Source of the DNA: an uncultured Fibrobacteraceae bacterium
GTDB taxonomy: Bacteria > Krumholzibacteriota > Krumholzibacteriia > LZORAL124-64-63
Assembly (NCBI GenBank): GCA_964559455.1
Contig: CAZLHO010000003.1
Span: forward strand, 42,963 to 106,962
Length of the DNA stretch: 64,000 nucleotides
Direction of reading: 5' to 3'
Position numbers and translations under genes: made by a program. The notes under the pieces are model-generated. The model saw only the letters and a list, made by a program, of their open reading frames with translations. It did no database searches and was not told the origin of the DNA. Of this stretch, positions 16,004-28,778 are shown one piece after another. The first letter of the stretch is position 1, and each line of letters begins with the position of its first letter.

Positions 16004-18328
16004 ATGGAGAGAGCGATGCCGCAGCCCACGGCCAAGACGCCCTGGCGCCAGGACTTGAACCATTTCCGTCGCCGCGACCCGGTCCTCTACGAGAAGATCA
16101 TCCGCTTCCTGATGCTCACCCTGCACAAGGAGGGCATCATGCGGATGGAGCAGATCGAGCTGAACGTCAGCCGCATCCTGGGCAACCCCGACTTCCTGCA
16201 CTGGACCGATCCCAACCGCCTCGAGCCCGCCCTGACCATGAAGGAGCTGCAGGCCCTGCGGGAGCTGGTGATCCAGTACGCGTCGCACCACTGGGACGAC
16301 GCCCGCATGAAGCAGCTGATCATGCTCGCGATCACGAAGGACGTCGCCCTGCGCCTCGAGGAGAAGGCCGACGACCCCTTCAGCACCTGGGACGGGATCC
16401 GCGCCGAGGTGCTGAAGTTCTGCGACCTGGCGCCGGGCGGCCCCGCGCTGCCCATGTCCGCCGTCCGCGGCGCCCGCGTGGCCCTGATTCGCCGCCTGCT
16501 CACCGACCAGCTCGAGCTGCTGCGCGTGGCTCGCGACACCCTGACCGTCCGCGACATCGCCGACATCATCACGCGCGTGATCGGCCCGGCGCGGGGCCTG
16601 GGCAAGCTGGGCGGCAAGGCCACCGGCTTCATCCTGGCCCACGACGTGCTGAACAAGGCCCGCGACGAGGGCCGTCCGGTCGGCGACTTCACGACCCCCC
16701 TGACCTACTACGTCCGCTCCGACGTGATGCTCGAGTTCGTCAAGATGAACGGGCTCGAGGAGGTCATCGACATCAAGTACGGCGACGTCGAGGAGCTGCG
16801 CAGCGAGTACCGTCTGCTCAAGCAGTTCTTCCGCAACGGACGCTTCCCGCGCTACGTCGTCTCGAACCTGGCGCGGATGCTGCGTCGGCTGGGCGAGGTG
16901 CCGCTGGTGGTGCGCTCGAGCAGCCTGCTCGAGGATCGCCTGGGCGCCGCCTTCTCGGGCAAGTACCAGAGCGTCTTCGTGGCCAACCAGGGTCCCCTGA
17001 GGCAGCGGCTGAGCGAACTGCTGGGCGCGATCACGCAGGTCTACGCCAGCATCTTCACGCCGGACGCCATCCAGTACCGCGACGAGCGGGGCCTGCTGGA
17101 CTTCAAGGAGGAGATGGCCTGCATCATCCAGCCGGTCGTGGGCCAGCGCCTGGGCCGCTACTGGCTGCCGGCCTTCGCGGGTGTCGCCTTCAGCCTGAAC
17201 GAGTACCGCTGGTCGCCGCGGCTCGAGCGCGGGAACGGCATGGTGCGGCTGGTGGCCGGCCTGGGCACGCGCGCCGTCGACCGCGTGGGCGAGGACTATC
17301 CCCGCCTCTTCAGCCCCGGCCAGCCCCGCCTGCGCACCAACGTGCATCCCGACGAAGTGCTGCGCTACAGCCAGCGCCTGGTCGACGTCATCGACCTGGA
17401 GGAGAACAAGTTCGCCACGATCCCCCTGGAGGCCCTGCTGCGGGAGCGGGGGGGGCGCTTCCCGGCCGGCGAGCGCATCTTCTCGGTCTTCCGCGACGGC
17501 GACCTGCTGCCGCAGACGGGCATGCTCTTCAACATCGACCCCCGCGACCTGATCGTCACCTTCAACGGCTTGATCGAGCGCACGCCCTTCGCCGCGCAGA
17601 TGAAGGCGATCCTGGACACCCTGGCCGAATCCTGGCGGGCGCCCGTCGACGTGGAGTTCGCCCACGACGGCCGCAAGCTCTACATCCTGCAGTGCCGCCC
17701 CCAGAGCCGCGGCGAGAAGCACGAGAAGGTGCGCATCCCCGGCGGCGTGCCTTCCGCCGACCGCATCTTCTCGGCGAACCGCTTCGTGCAGATGGCCCAC
17801 GTGCGCGACATCGACTACGTGGTCTACGTGCCGCCCGAGGCCTACGAGCAGGTGGAGTTCTACGACGACCTGGTGGAGATCGGCCGCGCGGTGGGCGAAC
17901 TGAACCGGCTGCTGCCCCACCGCCGCTTCATCCTGATCGGTCCCGGGCGCTGGGGAAGCCGCGGCGACATCAAGCTGGGCGTGCGCGTGGAGTACGCGGA
18001 CATCAACCACTCGCGGATGCTGGTCGAGGTGGCCCGCCGCAAGGGCGGCTACGTGCCCGACGTCTCCTTCGGCACGCACTTCTTCCAGGACCTGGTCGAG
18101 GCCGACATCGCCTACCTGCCCCTCTACCCCGACGAGCCGGACGTGGTCTTCAACGACGACTTCCTGGCCCGCTCCCCGAGCGTCCTGGCCGAGGTCCTGC
18201 CCCGCCGCGCCGAGCTGGCCGACGTGGTGCGCGTGATCCGCGTGCCGGACGTGACCGGGGGCCGCCGCCTGCATGTGGCCATGGACGCCGACCGCGACCG
18301 GGCGCTGGCCTACATCGGCGAGGGGTAG
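16004..18328 (+). CDS. PEP/pyruvate-binding (PPDK_N, PEP-synthase N-terminal-like ATP-grasp) domain protein, 774 aa, without phospho-His domain
   Basis: Central region matches the pyruvate phosphate dikinase nucleotide-binding domain (GKLGGKATGF; LVVRSSSLLEDRLGAAFSGKYQSVFV). ~190-aa N-terminal and ~250-aa C-terminal regions of unknown function. Begins 24 bp after the NYN gene. Confidence 0.8.
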   Translation: MERAMPQPTAKTPWRQDLNHFRRRDPVLYEKIIRFLMLTLHKEGIMRMEQIELNVSRILGNPDFLHWTDPNRLEPALTMKELQALRELVIQYASHHWDDARMKQLIMLAITKDVALRLEEKADDPFSTWDGIRAEVLKFCDLAPGGPALPMSAVRGARVALIRRLLTDQLELLRVARDTLTVRDIADIITRVIGPARGLGKLGGKATGFILAHDVLNKARDEGRPVGDFTTPLTYYVRSDVMLEFVKMNGLEEVIDIKYGDVEELRSEYRLLKQFFRNGRFPRYVVSNLARMLRRLGEVPLVVRSSSLLEDRLGAAFSGKYQSVFVANQGPLRQRLSELLGAITQVYASIFTPDAIQYRDERGLLDFKEEMACIIQPVVGQRLGRYWLPAFAGVAFSLNEYRWSPRLERGNGMVRLVAGLGTRAVDRVGEDYPRLFSPGQPRLRTNVHPDEVLRYSQRLVDVIDLEENKFATIPLEALLRERGGRFPAGERIFSVFRDGDLLPQTGMLFNIDPRDLIVTFNGLIERTPFAAQMKAILDTLAESWRAPVDVEFAHDGRKLYILQCRPQSRGEKHEKVRIPGGVPSADRIFSANRFVQMAHVRDIDYVVYVPPEAYEQVEFYDDLVEIGRAVGELNRLLPHRRFILIGPGRWGSRGDIKLGVRVEYADINHSRMLVEVARRKGGYVPDVSFGTHFFQDLVEADIAYLPLYPDEPDVVFNDDFLARSPSVLAEVLPRRAELADVVRVIRVPDVTGGRRLHVAMDADRDRALAYIGEG

Positions 18329-18350
18329 GCCGGGGCGCGGTCCCGGGCGG

Positions 18351-18388
18351 AGAAAAGAAAACCGGCGGCCCCTCCGGGACCGCCGGTT
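18351..18388. terminator. Bidirectional intrinsic terminator (A-tract + hairpin)
   Basis: AAAAGAAA then AACCGGCGG-cccctccggga-CCGCCGGTT then TCTTC. On the minus strand the hairpin is followed by UUUCUUUUCU, downstream of gdhA. Confidence 0.6.
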
Positions 18389-18474
18389 CTTCACTCTGCG
18401 GGAGGTCGCGACCGATTCGCGAGCGACTTTCGCGAAGCGAGGAGTCGAGCGGATCGCGTCGCGGCCGAGCCCGC

Positions 18475-19761
<1,287 letters not shown>

Positions 19762-19858
19762 GCCGATCCCCTTCCGGGAAACAACTCGTTATATGTGCGC
19801 GGGACGTGGCGCGCCGGCGGAAGTGGCGCGGCGCGGGACGGGCCGCAGGGGGGTACAG

Positions 19859-19873
19859 GTGGCGTAACGCCAC
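19859..19873. promoter_or_regulatory. Perfect 15-bp palindrome GTGGCGT-A-ACGCCAC ~100 bp upstream of gdhA
   Basis: Read directly; self-complementary. Lies in the gdhA 5' region. Confidence 0.3.
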
Positions 19874-19904
19874 GACAAATCTAGTCAGCCGAAGGCCGGG
19901 GACC

Positions 19905-19935
19905 AAAGGAAATCGGACCCGCTCGCGCAGGTCCG
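19905..19935 (-). terminator. Terminator-like hairpin downstream of the TPR gene
   Basis: CGGACC-cgctcgcgca-GGTCCG. On the minus strand followed by AUUUCCUUUGG. Confidence 0.4.
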
Positions 19936-19969
19936 ACTCCTTGGTGAGGGATCGTTTACGTCTTTGATT

Positions 19970-21034
19970 CTATTCGGTTACGGCGGCGACCGAGGTGTCG
20001 GGGGCCTCGGCCTCGACGGCTTCGGCGACCGTGTCGGTCGTTTCGCCGGGCGCGAAGGACGCGGCGAGGGCGACCAGGTCCGCGCGCGCGCCCGTGTCGG
20101 CCTCGGCCAGCGGCGCCAGGCGCTCCAGGCTGTCGCCGGCGAGCGCGTGGCCCGCATCGGCGGCCAGGGCGTAGGCCTCGGCGGCGTCGCGCAGGTGGCC
20201 GGTGCGCTCCAGCGCCACGCCCAGGTTGTTGCGGATGCGGCCCTGGTCGGCGGCGAGTTGAGCGGCCCGGGCCAGCGGCGCCAGGGCGTCGGCGAAGCGC
20301 TCGGCCTCGATATGCAGCAGGCCGAGGTTGTTCAGGGCCCAGACGTCGTCGTCGTCGCGGCGCAGCACCTGCTCGTAGGCGTCGACGGCCTCGTCGCCGC
20401 GGCCCAGGTTGTGGTAGACGCGGCCCAGCACCCGCCAGGCCTCGACCGACTCGGGGTCGCTGTCGAGCGCGGCCTCGACCAGGGGCAGGGCGTCGGCGGG
20501 ACGCCGCTGGTCGAGCAGCACCCGGGCCAGGTTGACGCGGCTCTTCTGGTGGTCGGGCATGATCTCGAGCGCGCGGCCGAAAGCGTCCTCGGCGTCCTCG
20601 AGCGCACCCTGCTTCCACAGCGCCAGGCCGAGCATGTACGGACCCCAGGCGTTGCCGGGCTTGCGGTCGGCGTAGGCGGCGAAGAGGCGGGCGGCCTCGG
20701 AGTGGTCGCCGGCGAAGTAGGCGGCCTCGCCATCGGCGTAGAGCATGTGGTCGGGCACGAAGGGGCCGATGGCCTCGGGCTCTTCCGCGGCCTCGGCGAC
20801 GACAACGGCGTCGTCGTCGACGGGCGCGGCCTCGGGCTCGGGCTGCGGCTCGGCCAGGGCGACGGTCGGGGCGGGGTCGGCCACGGAGGCGACCGTGGCC
20901 TCGCCGCCGCCGCCGGCCAGCTTCATGCCGATGAGGACGACGGCGGCCAGGGCGAAGACGAAGGCCAGGCCGGCCTCGGCGAACTTGATGTGCCGCTGGC
21001 GGCGGCTCGATCCGGTGGCTTCCTGCTGCTTCAT
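19970..21034 (-). CDS. TPR-repeat protein with N-terminal membrane anchor
   Basis: 354 aa. TM helix LAFVFALAAVVLIGM. Multiple TPR-like units (AW.VLG.VYHNLG, ALNNLG). Confidence 0.8.
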   Translation of the reverse strand: MKQQEATGSSRRQRHIKFAEAGLAFVFALAAVVLIGMKLAGGGGEATVASVADPAPTVALAEPQPEPEAAPVDDDAVVVAEAAEEPEAIGPFVPDHMLYADGEAAYFAGDHSEAARLFAAYADRKPGNAWGPYMLGLALWKQGALEDAEDAFGRALEIMPDHQKSRVNLARVLLDQRRPADALPLVEAALDSDPESVEAWRVLGRVYHNLGRGDEAVDAYEQVLRRDDDDVWALNNLGLLHIEAERFADALAPLARAAQLAADQGRIRNNLGVALERTGHLRDAAEAYALAADAGHALAGDSLERLAPLAEADTGARADLVALAASFAPGETTDTVAEAVEAEAPDTSVAAVTE

Positions 21035-21103
21035 GGCGAGCTCCTTTCGCTCGTGGGTCGTCGGGGCCGGAGCCCCGGGGTGGACGGTCGTTGCCCCAGG
21101 AAG

Positions 21104-21119
21104 CGCAAGGGAGCGGCCA
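21104..21119 (-). promoter_or_regulatory. Candidate sigma-54 (-24/-12) promoter TGGCCG-N5-TTGCG ~70-85 bp upstream of the TPR gene
   Basis: Minus-strand tggccgctcccttgcg. GG and GC dinucleotides at the canonical spacing of TGGCAC-N5-TTGC. Confidence 0.45.
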
Positions 21120-21157
21120 GAAGAGCGGCGGCAGCAGATTGTTTATAAGATGTTCTA

Positions 21158-21170
21158 TATCAATTGGTTG
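21158..21170. promoter_or_regulatory. IHF-like site TATCAATTGGTTG (WATCAA-N4-TTR) between UAS and the sigma-54 promoter
   Basis: Direct read. AT-rich segment 21140..21175. Confidence 0.35.
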
Positions 21171-21175
21171 AAGGG

Positions 21176-21256
21176 TGTACACGTACACGACTTCGCCGCA
21201 ATGAAGCAGAAGTGTGTCTGACGGGACACGTCGACTTGTGTTTGATTGGACACGTT
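21176..21256. promoter_or_regulatory. Candidate enhancer (UAS): repeated ACACGT motifs (TACACGTACACG; GGACACGT x2 spaced 24 bp)
   Basis: GGACACGT at 21224..21231 and 21248..21255, plus tandem ACACGT at 21178..21189. Lies 57-137 bp upstream of the -24/-12 element and immediately 3' of the sigma-54 activator gene. Confidence 0.4.
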
Positions 21257-21302
21257 GCGGGATGGTCGCGGTACCCCTCGTCGGACCAGGGGCCGAACGT
21301 CC

Positions 21303-24535
<3,233 letters not shown>

Positions 24536-24576
24536 AGGCCCGCGAGAGCGACTTTGGAGGGAGGCATAAGTAATTG

Positions 24577-24606
24577 TTGAAGATTCGTGAATACTTTTGA
24601 TATAAT
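24577..24606 (+). promoter_or_regulatory. Strong sigma-70 promoter TTGAAG-N18-TGaTATAAT (extended -10)
   Basis: Direct read: ttgaag attcgtgaatacttttga tataat. Lies in a low-GC island. Confidence 0.55.
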
Positions 24607-24612
24607 CGCCCC

Positions 24613-24800
24613 TAGCCCACGATCGGGTTTCCGGGTTTCTTGAGTCGCATTAAGGAGCAGTCTACCGGAAATGTTCTTCGTGGGGGCAGCGATCTAGGCA
24701 TCGCTAAGCTTCGGCCGGCCACGATCCCGCCCGTTCCGCGGTCGGGGGGTGGCCGGCTCGAAACTTCCTTCCTCGCCTCTTTTTCCGCTTCCGCTTTCCC
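24613..24800 (+). ncRNA. Candidate structured leader / small RNA downstream of promoter P1 (hairpins + pyrimidine tract)
   Basis: AGCGAT-ctaggc-ATCGCT hairpin (24689..24706). GGCCGGCCAC...GTGGCCGGC 9-10-bp stem (24713..24757). Then CCUCUUUUUCCGCUUCCGCUUUCCC tract (24775..24800). The overlapping 79-aa TTG ORF has atypically low GC3. Confidence 0.3.
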
Positions 24801-24809
24801 GCCGTCGGG

Positions 24810-24837
24810 TTGCTGTCTTGTAAAACTGGACTATTAT
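24810..24837 (+). promoter_or_regulatory. Second promoter-like element TTGCTG-N16-TATTAT immediately upstream of the CDGSH gene
   Basis: Direct read. RBS GGAGGG at 24871..24876 precedes ATG 24882. Confidence 0.4.
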
Positions 24838-24881
24838 GGTCAATATTATCTCCCGCCCATTCGGATCCTGGAGGGATAGAC

Positions 24882-25139
24882 ATGGAACATCCACGAGTCG
24901 TGGCCAAGCGCCCCGATGTCCGCGAGCTGGAACCGGGCACCTACCACTACTGCACCTGCGGCCTTTCGCAGAACCAGCCCTTCTGTGACGGCGGCCACGC
25001 CGGCTCCAGCTTCCGCCCCCACACGTTCACGGTCGAGGAGACCTGCAGGATGGCCCTGTGCCTCTGCAAGCATTCCAAGGAGAACCAGTGCTGCGACGGC
25101 TCGCATCGCATGGTGATGGAAGAAGGAGAAGAGCGATGA
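24882..25139 (+). CDS. CDGSH-type iron-sulfur domain protein (two CDG[GS]H motifs)
   Basis: 85 aa. CDGGH and CDGSH motifs with flanking Cys/His ligands (mitoNEET-like zf-CDGSH). Confidence 0.8.
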   Translation: MEHPRVVAKRPDVRELEPGTYHYCTCGLSQNQPFCDGGHAGSSFRPHTFTVEETCRMALCLCKHSKENQCCDGSHRMVMEEGEER

Positions 25140-25732
25140 CGAAGATCACTCGGACGATCCTGATGACGGCGGTCGCCGCGCTGCTGACCGCCGGTTCCGT
25201 GACCGCCGCCCCCTACGACCTGGACGCCTCGCATTCGAGCGTGGGCTTCAAGGTCAAGCACCTGGTGATCAGCAAGGTCACCGGCTCCTTCGGCGAATTC
25301 ACCGCCGAGCTGGACCTGGACGTCCAGGACATGACGAAGTCCAGCGTCAAGGCGACGATCGCCGTGGCGTCGATCGACACCGGCAACAAGGACCGCGACG
25401 ACCACCTGCGCGGCGCCGACTTCTTCGACGTGGAGCAGCACCCGGAGATGAGCTTCGTCTCGACCGGAGTCACCGCCCGCGAGGACGGCGGCTACGACCT
25501 GGCCGGCGAGCTGACCCTGCACGGAGTGACCAAGCCCGTCGTGCTGGACCTGACGTTCAACGGCACGGTCACCGACCCCTGGGGCAACGACCGCGCCGGG
25601 TTCAGCGCCGAGGGGAAGATCGACCGCAGCGAGTTCGGCCTGACCTGGAACAAGGCCCTGGAGACCGGCGGCGTGGTCGTCGGCGACGAGGTGGAGATCG
25701 AGATCGAGCTCGAGGCGATCAAGCGCAAGTGA
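25136..25732 (+). CDS. YceI-family periplasmic protein (polyisoprenoid-binding-like)
   Basis: ATGA overlap with the CDGSH gene stop. Signal peptide MTKITRTILMTAVAALLTAGSVTA. YceI-like 8-strand barrel sequence pattern. Confidence 0.85.
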   Translation: MTKITRTILMTAVAALLTAGSVTAAPYDLDASHSSVGFKVKHLVISKVTGSFGEFTAELDLDVQDMTKSSVKATIAVASIDTGNKDRDDHLRGADFFDVEQHPEMSFVSTGVTAREDGGYDLAGELTLHGVTKPVVLDLTFNGTVTDPWGNDRAGFSAEGKIDRSEFGLTWNKALETGGVVVGDEVEIEIELEAIKRK

Positions 25733-25767
25733 GGGGCGCCGGACGGCGCGACCTCGACGGGACGAAG

Positions 25768-25797
25768 GGGCGGCGCTTCCGGGCGCCGCCTCTTCTC
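25768..25797 (+). terminator. Intrinsic-terminator-like hairpin after the YceI gene
   Basis: GGCGGCGC-ttccgg-GCGCCGCC followed by TCTTCT. Confidence 0.5.
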
Positions 25798-26042
25798 GCG
25801 CTCCGGCTGCGCCGGCGTCCTGCCGGCGCGACGCCTCCGCGAGCCCGTCCCGGTCGCGCCGTCCGACGCCCAGGGGTAGGGCGGCCGTCGCTTCGCGCCC
25901 GGCGAAGATCATGGCGTCCCGCCGGCCCCGAAAATGTCCTCCGGGGTGCATCTCTGACCCCCTGGAGCGGGCTTCCCCCCGCTGCGAGGGGCTCGTGAGG
26001 GCGCGGCTCCGGCAGGACGCCGGAGCAGCCCGAACGCGAGAC

Positions 26043-26068
26043 GGGGCGACACCAGGAGGTGTCGCCCC
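26043..26068 (-). terminator. Perfect 11-bp hairpin downstream of mdh
   Basis: GGGGCGACACC-agga-GGTGTCGCCCC. Weak U-tract. Confidence 0.4.
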
Positions 26069-26097
26069 GTCGTCCCCGAGTAGCGGGGGGAACCCGC

Positions 26098-27051
26098 TCA
26101 GCCCAGCTTGTCGACCTCCGCGCAGGTCTTCTTGACCGCGTTGACCGACTTGCGGAAGCCCGCCTTCTCGGCCGGCGTCATCTTGACCTCGACGAACTTC
26201 TCGATGCCCTTCTTGCCCAGCACGACGGGCACGCCGACGAAGAGGCCCTTCACGCCGAACTCGCCCTGGAGCAGGGCGCAGGCGGCCATGATCTTCTTCT
26301 TGTCGAAGACGATGGCCTCGAGCATCTCGAGCGCCGACCAGGCCGGGCTGACGAAGGCCGAGCCGCTGCCCAGCAGGCCGACGATCTCGCCGCCCGCCTT
26401 GCGGGTGCGGAGCTCGATCGCCTCGAGCGTCTTCTTGTCGACGAACTGCTCCACGGGCAGGCCGGCGATGCGGCAGGTGCTGCGGATCGGCACCATGGTG
26501 TCGCCGTGGCCGCCCAGGACCATCGCCTCGACGTTCTCCACCGAAACGCCCGCGGCCTGGGCCACGAAGTAGCGGTAGCGCGCCGAGTCCAGCACGCCGG
26601 CCATGCCCATCAGGCGGCCGCGGGCCGGGCGCAGCTTCTGGTGCAGCCGGTAGACGATCGCGTCCAGGGGGTTGGCGATCGAGATCACCAGGGCCTTGGG
26701 GCAGTACTTCTTGATGCCCTCGGCCACGGCGTCGGTGATCTTCAGGTTGACGGCCAGCAGCTCCTCGCGGCTGGGGAAGGTGCCGTCGGGGCGCACGGTG
26801 CGGGGCACGCCGGCCGTGTTGATCACGTACTCGGCGCCGCGCAGGGCGCTGAAGTTCTTGGACGCCTTGTAGGCGATGTCGGCGCCGATCACCGCCGAGC
26901 CCTCGGCCACGTCCAGGCACTTGCCCTCGGCCAGGGCGGGGGGCTTGACGTCGACGAGGCCGACCTCGCGGGCCAGGCCGCGGGAGACGATTTCCGACAG
27001 CAGCACGCCGCCGATCTGGCCGCCGCCGACGAGTCCGATCTTGTTGACCAT
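26098..27051 (-). CDS. mdh: Malate dehydrogenase (LDH-like family)
   Basis: 317 aa. N-terminal KIGLVGGGQIGG Rossmann. Full-length similarity to LDH-type NAD-MDH. Confidence 0.95.
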   Translation of the reverse strand: MVNKIGLVGGGQIGGVLLSEIVSRGLAREVGLVDVKPPALAEGKCLDVAEGSAVIGADIAYKASKNFSALRGAEYVINTAGVPRTVRPDGTFPSREELLAVNLKITDAVAEGIKKYCPKALVISIANPLDAIVYRLHQKLRPARGRLMGMAGVLDSARYRYFVAQAAGVSVENVEAMVLGGHGDTMVPIRSTCRIAGLPVEQFVDKKTLEAIELRTRKAGGEIVGLLGSGSAFVSPAWSALEMLEAIVFDKKKIMAACALLQGEFGVKGLFVGVPVVLGKKGIEKFVEVKMTPAEKAGFRKSVNAVKKTCAEVDKLG

Positions 27052-27181
27052 GAGCCTATCTCCTCGCTCGCGTGGGACGACCCCCCGTGGACGTCGGGGG
27101 GCAGGGGATGTTATTTGTGCAACGTTGCGAATCTACTGGACTTCGCGACGGTTTTCCACGGAAAACTGACCGCGCCCGGAG

Positions 27182-27844
27182 CTAGGCGCCGGAGCCGAAG
27201 ATCCCCTCGATCGCGATCCGCGACCAGTCCTCGAAGCTGCCGCCGTCGGGCGCGGCGCCGGGACCGGTCATGCCGACCAGGTCGCCGACGGGCAGCCACA
27301 GCGCCCGGTGGGGCTCGGCCTGGGCCGAGACCAGGGCGACCAGCGCGTCGTCATCCTCGGGCCGCGCATCCAGGTCCACCCGGAAGACCACGCCGAAGTG
27401 CACGCTCGAGACGTCCTCGCGGTCGGAGTTGATGAACCCCGCCGGGCGCAGGGCCTCCGAAGCCACCGACAGTCCGGTCTCCTCGTCCAGTTCGCGCAGG
27501 GCGCCGGCCAGCACCAGGCCGTGCACCGCGGCCTCGCCCCGATCGCGGTCCAGGGGCTCGATGTGTCCGCCGAAGCCCACCGACCACAGGCCGCCCAGCC
27601 GGCTCTCGGAGTGGTCGCCGCGCCGCTGGTAGGCCAGCACGCGCGCCTGGGCCCCGCGGCCGCGCTGCAGCACGAGGTAGGGGATGATCTGCTTGAAGTG
27701 CGAGTTGCGCTCCATGAAGTCGCGCTCGGCGAAGAAGAGGTGGGGATGGATCGCCTCGAGGTCGATGGAGACCTCGGGCAGGAAGCCCTGGGGGCTCAGC
27801 CCCGGAAAGAGGTGCTTGCGGTCGAGGACGAGGATGCTGCGCAA
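27182..27844 (-). CDS. NUDIX hydrolase
   Basis: NUDIX box GGHIEPLDRDRGEAAVHGLVLAGALRELDEETGL. Confidence 0.8.
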   Translation of the reverse strand: MRSILVLDRKHLFPGLSPQGFLPEVSIDLEAIHPHLFFAERDFMERNSHFKQIIPYLVLQRGRGAQARVLAYQRRGDHSESRLGGLWSVGFGGHIEPLDRDRGEAAVHGLVLAGALRELDEETGLSVASEALRPAGFINSDREDVSSVHFGVVFRVDLDARPEDDDALVALVSAQAEPHRALWLPVGDLVGMTGPGAAPDGGSFEDWSRIAIEGIFGSGA

Positions 27845-27871
27845 TGTGGCCTCCGTAGCGTGGGCGCGGCG

Positions 27872-28708
27872 TCAGTCGGCGGCGCGCAGGCCGGCCGTGG
27901 CGGCCCGGAAGGCCTGGCGCTCGCGGCGGCGGGGGTGGTCGTTCATGTCGTAGGCCGCCAGCTCGGCGCGGGCCCTCGCGATGCGGTCGTCGGTGTTCGG
28001 ATGGGTGCTGAGCCAGCCGGCGAAGCCGGTGGGGCCGACGCCGTGCATCTGCGCCAGCTTGCCGAAGAAGTCCAGCATCGCGGCCGGGTCGTAGCCCGCC
28101 ATGTAGGCGTGCTTGACGCCGAACTGGTCGGCCTGGAATTCGTGGTCGCGGCTGTTCTTCATCATGAAGAGCCCGCCGCCCATGCCGGCCACCTGGCTCC
28201 AGAGCTGCTCGCCGGCGGCGTCGCCGAGCACGAGCTGGGCGGCCATCTGCAGGCCCATGGCGCTCTGCATCTGCCGCACCGAGTGGCGGCCGACCACGTG
28301 GCCGACCTCGTGGCTCAGGACGCAGGCCAGCTCGGCCTCGTCGTCGGCCATGGCCAGCAGGCCGGTCGTCACGTAGATGAAGCCGCCGGGCGCGGCGAAG
28401 GCGTTGACCACGTCGCTCTGCAGCACGGTGAAGGTGTAGTCCACGTCCTTGCGCTCGCTGTGGGCGGCGACCTGCGCGCCCACGCCCTGCACGTAGGCGC
28501 TCAGGGCCGCGTCCTGGACCACGGGGTATTCCTGGCGGATCCCCTTGTCGGTCTCCAGGCCCATGCGGACCTCGGTGGGGGTGTCGATCAGGATCAGGCT
28601 GCGCTCGCCGTGCGGGCCGGTGGTGGCGCAGCCGGCCAGCAGCGCGGCCAGCGCGGCGAGAAGGACCAGCGCGGACGCGGCGGCCGGGATTCGACGACGG
28701 CGGTTCAT
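27872..28708 (-). CDS. M48-family zinc metalloprotease lipoprotein
   Basis: Lipobox ALLAGC. HEVGHVVGRH HExxH motif. M48/BepA-like length and pattern. Confidence 0.85.
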   Translation of the reverse strand: MNRRRRIPAAASALVLLAALAALLAGCATTGPHGERSLILIDTPTEVRMGLETDKGIRQEYPVVQDAALSAYVQGVGAQVAAHSERKDVDYTFTVLQSDVVNAFAAPGGFIYVTTGLLAMADDEAELACVLSHEVGHVVGRHSVRQMQSAMGLQMAAQLVLGDAAGEQLWSQVAGMGGGLFMMKNSRDHEFQADQFGVKHAYMAGYDPAAMLDFFGKLAQMHGVGPTGFAGWLSTHPNTDDRIARARAELAAYDMNDHPRRRERQAFRAATAGLRAAD

Positions 28709-28778
28709 GGCGTTCCTTTCCCTCGGAAGGCGGCGGCGGGCGACGCCGCACAGGATAGCAGATCGAGGCGGCCCCGGC

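Noticed and set aside
24640-24879. 79-aa TTG-initiated ORF covering the CDGSH leader, and an 8-codon mini-ORF (ATGTTCTTCGTGGGGGCAGCGATCTAG) after an AAGGAG
   Set aside because: Third-codon positions are T/A-rich, unlike the genuine genes here (GC3 near 90%). The composition is not protein-like and the region is better explained as a structured RNA leader. A leader peptide cannot be excluded but is unsupported.
24610-24880. Possible tRNA or other classical ncRNA in the leader
   Set aside because: No cloverleaf with a GTTCGAATCC-type T-arm, no acceptor stem with CCA, and no recognisable tmRNA, 6S or SRP features.
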